From Octopus sinensis (taxonomy: Eukaryota), in contig NC_043000.1 of assembly GCF_006345805.1 (NCBI RefSeq), positions 38,812,001 through 38,876,000 of the forward strand: DNA of 64,000 nt. Direction: 5' to 3'. The first letter of the stretch is position 1, and each line of letters begins with the position of its first letter. A program made the translations under genes and the position numbers. Positions 51,328-64,000 of this stretch are shown here, one piece after another. The notes under the pieces were generated by a model. That model saw only the letters and a program-made list of their open reading frames with translations, did not search any database and was not told the DNA's origin.

Positions 51328-51540
51328 CGGTGAGCTGGCAGAATCGTTAACGTGCTGGGCGAAATGGGTTGTGGTATTTCGTCTGCCGTTACGTTCTGAG
51401 TTCAAATTCCGCCGAGGTTGACTTTGCCATTCATCCTATCGTGGTCGATAACATTAGTACCAGTTACGGACTAGGGTCGATGTAATCGACTTAATCCCTT
51501 CCCCCAAACATCAGGCCCTTTGCCTATAATAGAAAAGATT
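51328..51540 (+). mobile_element. SINE family B, full head
   Basis: GGTGAGCTGGCAGAATCGTTAAC (A box) ... GAGTTCAAATTCC (B box). Confidence 0.85.
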
Positions 51541-51874
51541 AATAAATGCATATTCTTCCATGTAGGTAATGAATGCTCACACTATTACAATCAGTGGTTT
51601 AAGAGAGCCTCTATGTTCTTTGCAATGGATGCACTAAAGATATATCTCAAATATAAAACACACGCTTAATGTTGGTATTCAAGTCATAGACCAATAAAAA
51701 GCACAAACATGAGGCAACGAATACATTGGACACCACACCTACTTAAAACATAGAAACTACACATAAAGTGTATTATATAAAATTAAATGAAACTAAGTAG
51801 AGACTAGATGAAATTATTGTTGAAAACATCGCAAAAGAGGAGACAAATATTTATAATAGTTATTTCTTTATTGC

Positions 51875-52150
51875 CCAGAGGAGACTACACATAGAGAGGA
51901 CAGACAAAGACGGAAACAAACTTCTTACCAGACAGCCACAGCTGCGACAACTTTTTCCTTTTCTTCTTTTTTTTTTGACTGGTTTCATTACAATATCACA
52001 ACCAGTGCGTAACTGGTACTTATTTAATCGACCTCGAAAGGATGAAAGGCAAAGTCGACCTCGGCGGAATTTGAACTCAGAACGTAGCGGCAGACGAAAT
52101 ACCGCTAAGCATTTCGTCCGGCGCGCTAATGATTCTGCCTGCTCGCCGCC
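51875..52150 (-). mobile_element. SINE family B
   Basis: GAAAGGATGAAAGGCAAAGTCGACCTCGGCGGAATTTGAACTCAGAACGTAGCGGC. Confidence 0.85.
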
Positions 52151-52456
52151 CTCCGAAATCCGTGATATTAAAGCGTCAATTAACACTAACAATTTATTCC
52201 AAAATTACTGAAATTAAAATTTTGCTATATTTTAGAATGTCACACTGCCAATAAGAAAGATCCAACCCACTGGCTGTAGTTCACTTCACTTTACTTGAAA
52301 ATTAATTTATTAATTAACTAATTAATTAATTAATAGTCAATTTGTTCAACATTTTTCGTCACACTAATCTGGGCATTTTAATGATTCTCTTGATTTCCCA
52401 TTGGACTATTGATATTATCTTTCTTGTGTTTGTTATAGTGGCAAGCAGAGGCGCTC

Positions 52457-52538
<82 letters not shown>

Positions 52539-52844
52539 ACGTTGCTCTTTTCTTCGAATGCGTTCATCCCAAATTAGAAAAGTTTCGCTTTCAGCATACG
52601 GTTTCAAAAAGGCAAATTCAAAAACCAACATTTTACAACATAATACAAACCTTCTTACCAATGGGAAACATTAAGTATGTGAATTCCAAAAAAATCTGCT
52701 AATTACTAGTGTAATTTATAAATTTGATTGCAAATGTGGAAGTTGCAAACTTTGTGAACCCAACTACAATATCGGCTATAAAAGTACGACACTCTGCAGC
52801 AAAATAACTATGAATTTACAACATGGGACAATGGTGCCGAATAT

Positions 52845-53055
52845 TTTTTTCTACTCTAGGCACAAGGCCCGAAAATTTGGGGGAGGGGACCAGTCGATTA
52901 GATCGACCCTAGTACTTGACTGGTACTTAATTTATCAACCCCGAAAGGATGAAAGGCAAAGTGGACCTCTGCGGAATTTGAACTCAGAACGTAAAGACAG
53001 ACGAAATACCGGTAAGCATTTCGCCCGGCGTGCTAACGTTTCTGCCAGCTCACCG
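52845..53055 (-). mobile_element. SINE family B
   Basis: Same consensus as the other family B copies. Confidence 0.85.
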
Positions 53056-53342
53056 ACTAATAGTACTGTATAATACTACAAAACTGGAATATGGTGGACT
53101 GGAGAACAAGACTGGAGAATGGTGGACTAGCATCTATAGTTTGTATATTCAACACATAATAATACGGTTTCTGGAGGAAATAATATTCTCTGCATCGCGT
53201 AAATAAATATATACACAACATGCTTTTGTCACAAACAAAATTAAAACATAACCGATGATGTATAGATCGAATGATCAGAATTTGGATCCTGGTGAAACGA
53301 TTGACATCAGTTATTGGCCCAGTCAGTTATAAAATGATAACA

Positions 53343-53580
53343 TACCTATTTCTTTACTACCCACAAGGGACTAAACACAGAGAGGACAAACAAGGACGGA
53401 CAAACGGATTAAGTCGATTATTTCGACCCCAGTGCGTAACTGGTACTTATTTAATCGACCCCGAAAGGATGAAAGGCAAAGTCGACCTCGGCGGAATTCG
53501 AACTCAGAACGTAGCGGCAGATGAAATACCGCTAAGCATTTCGCCCGGCGCGCTAACGTTTCTGCCAGCTCACCGCCTTA
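53343..53580 (-). mobile_element. SINE family B
   Basis: Same consensus. It ends at the concatemer junction ATACCTATTTCTTT. Confidence 0.9.
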
Positions 53581-54073
53581 ATGATAAAAATGATAACATA
53601 CCATCATCTCTACATTCTGAAGAAGAGAATACGAAAGTCTACAAACTGCAAGGATAAGTTTAGGAATTTTAAAACTTAACCAAACCGCAAGGAACTAACT
53701 GGAATATACGAAAGTAAAATACTTGTATAAAAGATAAACACCTCTCTATATAAATACAAACATATATGTAACAGAGTCTTCCACTGAATAACTGTTGGCA
53801 TCTACTTCCAATTGTACTATGTGGCAAGTAGCTACGATATTAAAATGGACGTAAGGCAAAATGGAATAAACTACATCTTGCATTTATTATTATTTTTCCT
53901 ATATTTGCTCCGGACACTACTGGAAAGTACAGTAGAAACCACACCACTTTGCCTGAAGAAGACTGAATGATTACATTGCAAGAAGCTCTAATCTGATCAA
54001 TAGCAGTAAAGCATCCCTGCATATAAGTGCGCGCACACACACACACACACATTACACACACACAATATATAAT

Positions 54074-54143
<70 letters not shown>

Positions 54144-54144
54144 A

Positions 54145-54345
54145 TGTATATATATAGTCTTGACTGCTAAATCCGCATTTATTTTATTCTTTTTCTGTTT
54201 ATATCCTGTTTATTTCCTCGTGTTCCTTTCTTTTAAAGATTGTAGGCTCGAAGCGTAAACGAATTTCTCACTTTCATGACGGTCAAACTAATACACCTGT
54301 TTGTTGTTTTTCTGTAAATTTTGCTTTTCTGTAAATTTCAACTAT
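54145..54345 (+). mobile_element. Degenerate hammerhead-bearing short element
   Basis: CCTTTC....AAGATTGTAGGCTCGAAGCGTAAA...CAAACTAATACACCTGTTTG, ending in TATATATA. Confidence 0.55.
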
Positions 54346-54546
54346 ATATATAGTCATTGGATTGCAGCCATACTGGGGTACCACCTTCAAAGGATTTTAT
54401 GGTGAACAAGTCGACCCCAGTGCTTATTCGTTTAACAAATCAGCAATTTACTCCATATTATGTTACAGTGACGTAAGCAAACCAACACCGGTTAACGAGC
54501 GGTAGTGTGGGACTAACATAACTTAAAAACACCGACACACACATAT

Positions 54547-54578
<32 letters not shown>

Positions 54579-55374
54579 GGTGCTATTAAGTTAGACATGG
54601 CCTGGGCCAATAATGGCCGAAACCTATCAAAGTATCAAAGTATACACTCACATACATACACACATACATACATACGTACATAATATATACATAGATATAT
54701 ACAGACAGTCGCATATATATACGATGATTTTCTTTCAGTTTCCGTCTACTAAATCCACTCACAAGGCTATCATAGAAGTGCCGTGCAGTGCGATTGAACC
54801 AGAATCGACATGGTTGCCAAATACCTCACAGCTAAGACTTTGTTTTCGCTCATTACTTTTCTGGCACAATGATGTAATGTATTCCCTTTTTTTTTTATCA
54901 GAGATACAATAAATGAGTATTATTTCTCTCTTTCTCCTCTCTCCCTCTCACTCACCCTCTTTGACTGTATTTACATGTAAAGCCAGGTCTGTGCTAACTT
55001 TGTTGCTATTGTAACTACTCATTCCTTTGGCAGTGTGTTTTGTTCCATTGATTATGCATTTTTATGTTTGATCTGTAAGCATTGGTATTTGACGATTGCT
55101 ATCCTGAAAATGTCACAGTTGTAGTCTTTTGTGCCAGATTATATTTTAATATCTCTGGTCATTCTTTATTCACAGAATATATCGGTTTCTGTTTGATTTC
55201 TCGTATATTTCTAATGATTGCATAACTAAATGTAATTAATGACTCGTTCGCTCCTAATTTAGCTTTCATTTCGTATTATTTTATCGGACAACAAACTTAC
55301 AGCCAACATATGGATATGCCAGATTCCCAGACTCACACAACTGCTGCAGACCACGGAGTATTTCTCTTCTTTTT

Positions 55375-55780
55375 ATCTTTTATCTTACATTTCTTTCGGT
55401 CATTAGACTTCGGCCATGCTGGAGCACCACTTTGAAGGACTTTAGTCGAAACGATCGCCCCGGTACTATATTTTGAAAAACCTAGTAATTACTCTATCTG
55501 CTAGGATAAGGGGCATAAACACACCAACACCGGTTGTCAAGTGGTGGTTGGGGATAAACACTCACACATACACTGTGTATATATATGTGTGTGTGTGTGT
55601 GTGTATGTGTATGTACACGATGGGCTTCTTTCAGTTTCCATTTATGTAATCTATTCACAAGACCTTATTCGGTCCGGAGCTATAGTAGAAGATAATTGGC
55701 CAAGGTGCCACACAGTGGGACTGAACCTGCGACCATTTTGTTGGAAAGCCAAACTTCTTACCAGATAGTCACGTCTGCGA
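55375..55780 (-). mobile_element. SINE family A
   Basis: CGGCCATGCTGGAGCACCAC...GGTGCCACACAGTGGGACTGAACC. Confidence 0.8.
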
Positions 55781-56327
55781 CAACTTTTTCTTTTTTTTTC
55801 TGCCTGGTCTAAAGTTCATAACACGGTCGTCAGTCTACGCATGACCCATGGAAAGCCAGGTACACACTTGATAGGAAATCAGAAACGAATTTTGTTGGGC
55901 GGCAGTATTCAGGTTGAGGAAAGAAAGAAACTTAGTTGAGCCCACATTAACGCTTCGCAAGAGTGATGAGAATAAATGTCAGTCAAAAAGGTAATTAATG
56001 ATACACAGAAAGTCTCAAGGAGGATACAATTGAATCTATGCCAGAAACAAGGCTTCTTTGAACTGTTCCTTTTCCAATTATTGGTTTCATTACAAAATCA
56101 CACCTTTTGTGTGTTTATATTAATCTCATCCATGTGTTCTTTGTATGCATCACATAGAATTGTAACTACCTACGCTTCTTACGCGCTATATTTTGATATA
56201 TATGTACGTCAACATGTATGTATATATGTATACATATACATATACCACATGTATATATATATATATATATATAAAAAAATTAGAAATATATATATATATA
56301 TATATATATATGTTATATATATATATA

Positions 56328-56366
<39 letters not shown>

Positions 56367-56374
56367 GTATGTAA

Positions 56375-56640
56375 TTGAGACTTTCTGTGTATCACTCATT
56401 ATTTCCCTGTCTAGATCTTTTATACATACTCACATTGGCTCTGATGACGTAATACCCAGTGTACGGTCATGCTAGCCTATCGCTTGGGATATCCCAGAAA
56501 CAGCTGTAAGATTTCAAATTCACCTTACCCTACTTATATATTCTAAATGACTTGAGAAACACGTCCTGTCGTCCTGCTTGGTTTTTCTTGTCCTTTTTCC
56601 TCTAATATATACCTGCTAACTCGGAAGCCTAATCTAGATC
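56375..56640 (+). mobile_element. Penelope-like terminal fragment with a decayed hammerhead (ACAGCUGU type)
   Basis: CTGATGA at 56441 ... GAAAC AGCT GTA at 56497-56508. There is a 19-bp inverted repeat at 56000-56018 and 56375-56393. Confidence 0.5.
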
Positions 56641-56924
56641 CCTTGCCCCAGCCTCAGCTGTGAAGTTGGAACCTAATGGATGACCAGCGTATCTATTCGT
56701 TTAGATCACATATTCTCTCTCTCCCTCTCGTCCCTCAGTCTCTCTTTATATATATATTATATATTATATATATATATATATATTATATATATATATATAT
56801 ATATAATATATATATATAGATATATATATAATAAGTATATATATATATGTATATATATATATGTATCTATATATATATATATATAATATATATCCTGATA
56901 GATCGTTAGCCACTACAACCTTTT

Positions 56925-57080
56925 TTCCTCTCCTTGTTCTTATTGTGTTGCTTTCTGTAGAAGAGCGTAGGCTCGAAACGTAAAATTACTTTTTCTATCC
57001 TCAGCGTTATACTAATACATCTGTTTGTTTTGTACAGCATCTGTCTTCGTCCTTTGTTTTTTTCGTAAACTCTCCCTACA
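56925..57080 (+). mobile_element. Hammerhead-bearing short element, variant core CUGUAGA
   Basis: 56951-56985 reads CTTT CTGTAGA A GAGC GTAG GCTC GAAAC GTA AAA. It ends in (TA)n. Confidence 0.65.
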
Positions 57081-58135
57081 TATATATATATACATACATA
57101 CATACATACATACATACATACATACATACATACATACATACATACATAAGTATGTATGTGTGTATGTATGTATATAAGGCAACCTAGCAGAACCGTAAGC
57201 GCGTGTGGAAAATTGCTTAGCGGCATTTCTTCCATCTTTATGTTCTGAGATTAAACTCCGTCTTTCATCGTATCAGGGTCGATAAATCAAACTACCATTC
57301 AAATAATAGGGTCGATAATATTGACTCAGCCAATTCGTCGAGAGTGCTGGCCTTGTGCCAACATTGTGTATATATTTGCGTATATTACTCATGTGCCTCC
57401 GAGCAAAACCAAATATTTACTTGTGGAATTTATTTGGACATTGAAGCTTGGCGCTTTGCACTCTCGACCCAAACCTGCTTGGCTATCTTCCACTATACTG
57501 GTATTACCTGAGTTTCCAGTTTGCAGAAACCTTGTTAGGCACCATTGAATAAACCTCCAATTTTTGACTAAAGGTTATATAATTGATTGAATTAGTAGTT
57601 GTACGACCCCCCAGTCAATATGAAACAGATAATGCTTTTCACTCACCCCTCGTTATTGAACCAAATTATCAGCTAATGCTCAGGTGTTAAATTAGCTTTC
57701 ATATAATTGCCCTCATTTCACATTTTCACACACACAGACACACACGCACACATGTAATAGGTCACATGTAATAGGTCTATATATGTAAATATTCGTGTAT
57801 ACATCCATCTATCTGTGTGTGTGCATGTGTGTGCGTATGTGCGTGTATGCCACAGAATCACCCAAAATTAGAAACCAATTTTGAAGCGTTGTCCAAACAT
57901 AACTAGATTACATTATGAAGAACAAACAATCAAGACCAGTGTAAGCGATCCCACAATATACGAATCCACAAAATGTCCCCACATTACAACAAGGGACAAC
58001 TCAGTACAACAACACCCAAGATATAAATAATACACGTGTTTTCCCATCATCAGCTAGCAAACGGATTTCGCTGTGGTTTCGATGCCTAGGCAGTACCATT
58101 TATGCTGGATACCAACAGTGCTAAAATTATAAATA

Positions 58136-58357
58136 CAGTAATCTCATGGCTATCGTGGGTGTTACGTTCTAAGACCTCCGCGATAGGTGAAAATCCGCGA
58201 AGTAGAAATAGTACTCTTCTGTAAGTTATGTTTTATTGTTTTTATAATTTGTATATATTTATTGTATTATAAATGCAAAACAACTCCACAGAGGAATTGA
58301 CATAAGCTTTAATAATAAACTGCGATAGGTGAACCGCGATATGGTGAAGCATTAATA
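58136..58357 (-). mobile_element. pogo/Tigger-like MITE with TA on both sides
   Basis: TA-CAGTAATCTC...GCGATAGGTGAACCGCGATATGGTGAAGCATTAATA-TA. Opposite orientation to 26331-26556. Confidence 0.7.
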
Positions 58358-58422
58358 TACTGCCTAAGAATCTACCATCCTATTACTTTAAGCAACAACT
58401 ATAAAATAAAGAAATATATATA

Positions 58423-58515
<93 letters not shown>

Positions 58516-59775
58516 TATATATATACTCTGAGTTGAAAGATATGTTTGTATAAAAAATATATACTCTGAAACAGAGACAGAGAGACAGGGAGAGAGAGAG
58601 GAGGATGAGAAACGAGACTCAGAGAAGGAAAGAGAGAGAATTTAGAATTTTGTTTACAAATTTTCGGTATGGAATTGATGCTGTGTGTTTTCGTATCTCT
58701 GATCGAGAGTCACTCCCTGGTAAACACCATCAATCGTTCTAGGTCCATTCCATGTCGAATATTTTTAACTTTACGAATCATTGTTCTATACACGAATACA
58801 GATACTTTTTTAACATCCCTGCGTAAATCAATATGGACGAGAAAATGTCAATATGCACACGCACGCACATATACAGACTCATATACATATATGTATATAT
58901 GTATGTGTGTGGCTGCGTGTGTAAATACATCTGTATATAAATGCTTACATATTTAAAAAATACAAACATGAAAAATATATATACGAATGTAAATACACAC
59001 ACACACCACACATATTAACATACATATGCGCATACACGTATATGTATACACATATATAAACAGACATATGTCCGCATGCATGTATGTATGAATGTATGTA
59101 TGGTATTTTGTGTTGCTTCTTTTTTATACACACATTTCTTTCAACGCAGAACTGTTACACACCAACACATACACACACGAGCGCGCGCACGCAACTATAT
59201 ATGACATAATACAATATATATATAATATATATATATATTATATATATATATATAATATATATAGTGTGTGTGGTGTGGGTGTGTGTGTGTGGTTGTGTGT
59301 GTGCGTATGTATATGTATATGCAATATTATATGTATATATGTATATATGTATATATATATATAGGTAAGCACATGTATGTGGTTGTGTGTGTCGAGGAGT
59401 GCGTTTTGCTCGTTTTACTCCTCCCCCCTCCCTTTGGTTGCTTGCTTCATTAAATCCTATTGCCTGATCCTACAATATTCATTTCCACAGACTCTAACAA
59501 TATCCACCTTATACATTCAATAGAAATCAATAACCTAATTGTGTATATTGATCTAACATAAAACACAGCAATCAATCAGCCATTCAGTATATGTATCTGT
59601 ACAGGGGCCATAGAAATACGATGACGTCATACTAGTGTTTGATTTTGCTCCAAGCTTGTTGCCAGTTTCTCTATACCGACACTGGACTAAGACGAATATA
59701 CAGATACGCAGGTACATAATGTGTATGTATGTATATGTGCGTATTATATGTGCGTATATATAATGTATATATATC

Positions 59776-59837
<62 letters not shown>

Positions 59838-60744
59838 TATTTATATGTATATTTATATATATTATTTATATATATTATATAGATATTTATATATATATAT
59901 ATATTTATATGTATTCTAATATATAGTATATAGAATGCCTCACATATTTGTGTGTGTGTATATAAATGTTTGTTTCTGTCATTGGTAATAAAGGCAATTT
60001 GACATTAGACTAAAGAAATACTCGATGATTCTGTGTAAAGAATATATTTATTATCTTTTATATACGGAAGGATGATAGTGACTTCGAAATTTCGGTCTGT
60101 TAGCCCTCCTCGGATACAATCGGATGCTAGAAGGCCAAAAGTTTGAAATCAGTCCTCTTTCTTATCTTCGTTTATCTTTGATATTGTTTTTCTTGTGTCA
60201 ATCATTACCCGGCGTGAAATGCTGGTTACATCACACTGAAGAATTTTTAGTCAATCGAATTGACCCAGGTGCTCTCTCCTTTCAGGCCTGGTACTTCCTC
60301 TACTGGTCTCTTTTCGCGAACCCCTAGGTTACGCAGACGTAAACAAACCAATATCGGTGTTCAAGGCGAGAGAGAAGAACTCAAAGAAATATACATAGAC
60401 ACGCATATTTATACGGCAAGCTTCCCTCAATTTCCGCCTATCCAATTCTGGTCATAGTGCTGTGCTCAACATTAGCAGAAGACACTTGCCCAAGGTAATA
60501 CGCACCGGACTGAACCCAAAACCATGTGGTTGGGAAGCAAACTTCTTACATGCCAGTATTTTACATACACACACCCACACATACATACATACATACATAC
60601 ATATACATACGTGTGTATGTATGTATGTATATATATAAATAAAGTATATATTTATATGTATATGTACAAAAATATATGTGTATGTATATATATATAAAAT
60701 ATATAATTATATATATATATTTATATATATATGACCGCGTGTGT

Positions 60745-60950
60745 GTACGTTGGGGATTTTTTTTCCTCTTGTCTTGCCTTCCCTGGATATTTCCTTCTCA
60801 TATGTTCCGACGAAGATCTCGCTCCGCTCGAAGCGTTAAAACCCTCCTTCTTTCCTTCGTTCCTGAGCGTCCAACAATACTATATTTGTTCCACGTATCG
60901 CGTTGTTGTGTTTTTATTTTTGTGCTTATTGTTTGGATTAATTTTATATA
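60745..60950 (+). mobile_element. Second copy of the 5030-5228 element
   Basis: CCGACGAAGA....GCTCCGCTCGAAGCGTTAAACCCTCCTTCTTTCC...CCTGAGCGTCCAACAATACTATATTTGTTCCACG. Confidence 0.75.
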
Positions 60951-61174
60951 GATATATATATATATATTATATTATATATACATACTTTCACACACATGCA
61001 CTCACATACATACATTCATGCATGCATGCATGCATACATATAGTCGAAGATATTACTGTGGTAAGTTAGTTAGTTAGTTAGTTGCTTCCAGGTCACATGG
61101 GTACACTAGAAGACGTTTACCGAAGGCTCCCATTTTGCGCAACCTTGGGTCAGTTCCTTTCGCTCTAGCCCCAG

Positions 61175-61281
61175 TTTGACGAAAGGTTTTTAATGGATTT
61201 GAAGGCACCCGAAAGATGCCTGTCATATATAAGTACGAATATAATTGTGTTTATGCGTGTGTGTGTGTGTGTTTGTGTGTG

Positions 61282-61314
<33 letters not shown>

Positions 61315-61747
61315 TGTGTGTGTGTGTGCGTGTTTACGTGCGAGCGCGTGTGTCTTTGCGTTTGTGTTCGTCTCTTTACCGCTTGACATTTGTTAGTATT
61401 GTTTAACTTTTTCACTTGTTTCAGTCATTTTGACTGCTGCCATGCTGGACCCCTGCCTTTAGTCAAACAAATCGCCCCTAAGACTTAATGTTTGTAAGCC
61501 TAGTACTTATTCTATCAGTCAAAATGACTGAAACAAGTGAAAAAGTAAAACAATGCTAACAAATGTCAAGCGGTAAGGAGACGAACACAAACGCAAAGAC
61601 ACACGCGCTCGCACGTAAACACACACACACACACAACACACACACACACACAAACACACACACACGCATAAACACAATTATATACGTACTTATGTATGAC
61701 AGGCTTTTTTCAGGTGCCTTCAAATCCATTAAAAAACTTTCGTCAAA
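61175..61747. repeat. Diverged inverted repeat (arms 61175-61436 and 61516-61747, spacer 79 bp)
   Basis: The arms are reverse complements. I counted about 6 mismatches in the outer ~83 bp, plus a (GT)n length difference. Confidence 0.9.
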
Positions 61748-61804
61748 GTTCTCTTTAATCAGTCTCTTTAACCGAACAACTAAGTTACTGGAATGTAAAT
61801 ATAC

Positions 61805-61965
61805 AGGCGCAGGAGTGGCTGCGTGGTATGAAGCTTGCTTTCCAACCACATGGTTCTGGCTTCAGTCCCGCTGCATGGCACCTTGGGCAAGCGTCTTCTA
61901 CTATAACTTCGGGCCGACCAAAGCCCTGTTAGTGGGTTTAGTAGACCGAAACTGAAAGAAGCCTC
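61805..61965 (+). mobile_element. SINE family A, 5' half
   Basis: GGCGCAGGAGTGGCTGCGTGGT...CTTCAGTCCCGCTGCATGGCACCTTGGGCAAG. Confidence 0.85.
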
Positions 61966-62139
61966 AGACAGGTGTGCGGGTCTGGGCCCTTGCTATATAT
62001 ATATATATATATATATACACCGTTGATAGGCCAGCTCCTGCAATAGTTGTCCTGAGATACCATCCATTATGAACTTGCTGTGTTGTAAACATGATAAATA
62101 TCATAGAGAGAGACAAAAGTTCGTACCAACAGGGGTCAC

Positions 62140-62217
62140 CTAGAGCGTGAGATGCACTTTGGCCTTTTGGGGCCTTTTCAAGGGCGTCTACTCGAAGCCA
62201 GCCACATACTTTGCATT
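62140..62217 (-). other. Candidate 78-nt phase 1-1 exon
   Basis: Acceptor TTCATTCATTTTTCCAG, donor TAG|GTGACC. The single open frame reads (E)CKVCGWLRVDALEKAPKGQSASHAL. No homologue recognised. Confidence 0.25.
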
Positions 62218-62324
62218 CTGGAAAAATGAATGAAACAATTGCTGACGTTGCAAATAACCTCTCGTAGTGGCGGCGTTTACTTTATGCTGTTTTTTTTTTG
62301 AGGGGGGGGGGGGTAATATTAATT

Positions 62325-62515
62325 TTTTTTTATTGCCCACACAGGGCTAAACATAGAGGGGACAAACAAAGACAGACAAAGGGATTAAGTCGATTTCATC
62401 AACCCCAGTACGTAACTGGTACTTATTTAGTCGACCCCCGAAAAGATGAAAGCAAAGTCGACCTCGGCGGTATTTGAACTCAGACCGTAACGGCAGCCGA
62501 AATACCGCTGAGCAT
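62325..62515 (-). mobile_element. SINE family B
   Basis: Same consensus as the other family B copies. Confidence 0.85.
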
Positions 62516-63440
62516 TTTTAATATCGCTTATAGAGAACGTAACGAGTACAATATTTCTGCTTTGTTTTTGCTTAATGTTTGAAGAATTACTGAAAAATGC
62601 AATGCCTTTTTTGCACAGGGATCCTCAATTTTCGCATTCCCAGACACATCAACAATTTTCGAAACTACTTTCTTTTCGTTTTCTGAGGGTTTTCTTCATT
62701 TATTTTTATTGTACCACCGAACTTCAAGATTTAAAGAATATTTGATTGTTCTCATCGAAGGAACAACCAGCCGATTATTCCACTTAGCAACAGTTTCCTG
62801 TTACATGTTAAAATTTCTTACAATCCTTACCTTTCGGGTTAGGGTTCGGGTTAAGGTTACCCTTTAGTAAAGGGTTTATATTTTCGACAATATGATTCTC
62901 CATATCATAATAAGTTTTGCTTGATGCATAACGTTATATTTTACGCAGGATTCACTTTTTAAAAAATAATTAAGCATTCTCAAGAGGAAATCTTTGAGTT
63001 TAATTTATTCCGCATGACACTGAGTAAATGGACTCTTTGTTGAATATGTGTGTGGGGGTGATGCATTTGTAAGATCTGAATTCAATAGAAGGAGTTATTG
63101 ATATTGTGGTTCAATAAAATAACGGCCTTCCTTTGTCGGGAAACTTGTGATGGTTTCGCCATACTTGTTGCTACTTGTCTCATTCTATAGGTATGAAATA
63201 GAGCGTTTATAGTATATGCATTTATATATGTAACCATGGCTGTCAGCGAATGGATGAATCCCAGAGATATGTGTATGTGCGTATGCGTGTACGTGTGAGA
63301 GTGCGTTTGCGTACATAGATGCGTGTATCAATTAATACATGTAGTTGTGTTTGTATTCTTGTAAACATGGGCGTGTTTTGATAGACAGAGAGAGAGAGAG
63401 AGAGAGAGAAAGTTAGGTAGGTAGGTACGTAGAAAGACAG

Positions 63441-63470
63441 ATAGAGAGATAGAGAGAGAGATTGAAAGAG

Positions 63471-63530
<60 letters not shown>

Positions 63531-63531
63531 C

Positions 63532-63567
<36 letters not shown>

Positions 63568-63568
63568 T

Positions 63569-63646
<78 letters not shown>

Positions 63647-63683
63647 TGATAGATAGATAAAGAGAGAGAAATAGAGAGATAGG

Positions 63684-63746
<63 letters not shown>

Positions 63747-63747
63747 G

Positions 63748-63818
<71 letters not shown>
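63441..63818 (+). repeat. Long (GATA)n microsatellite, about 380 bp
   Basis: Direct reading. Confidence 0.95.
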
Positions 63819-63819
<1 letters not shown>

Positions 63820-64000
63820 CCTGGATAGGGTTGGTTATCGATGTGTTACCAATGGAGCACTTAGCCTTAACTTCTAGCTAACTCTCTCTGGAGGTAAAAT
63901 TGGGAAGTATACTGGTGCAGAAATTCCCGGTACATTCGGAGACCCCCTTCGGTCACGAATGAACATGGGATTGCACCTAGAAAGTAACCCTCCCAGGCAC

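Noticed and set aside
59622-59629. Isolated perfect CRE (TGACGTCA)
   Set aside because: One or two such 8-mers are expected by chance in 64 kb.
62835-62860. Interstitial telomeric repeat (GGGTTAGGGTTCGGGTTAAGG)
   Set aside because: Only about 3 imperfect units, too short to interpret.

Overview
This is eukaryotic, AT-rich, repeat-saturated genomic DNA. The SINE families and the very high density of (AT)n, (GATA)n and (AAT)n microsatellites match what I recall from Octopus genomes; this is recall, not a database result. I found no intact protein-coding gene, rRNA, true tRNA or CRISPR array, so the window reads as a large intron or intergenic region. Recognisable content: three tRNA-derived SINE families (one forms head-to-tail arrays); decayed R4/Dong-clade non-LTR elements with a restriction-like endonuclease; RTE and Tx1/L1 fragments; a nearly full-length dead mariner (18139-19326); a maT/DD37D remnant; and three pogo/Tigger-like MITEs. 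The most interesting unexplained signals are five. (1) Several dispersed short elements carry minimal Penelope-type hammerhead ribozymes, one with a fully canonical core (19515-19552, minus strand). (2) A 200-bp perfect inverted repeat encloses a ~1.3-kb copy of upstream sequence, joined at microhomologies; it may be real template switching or an assembly chimera. (3) An older, diverged inverted templated insertion lies inside a SINE. (4) (AAT)n-associated insertions include a 555-bp non-coding element flanked by (AAT)n on both sides. (5) A speculative decayed polycystin (PKD)-like reading frame lies on the minus strand at about 0.8-7.4 kb. A few short candidate exons are listed at low confidence.
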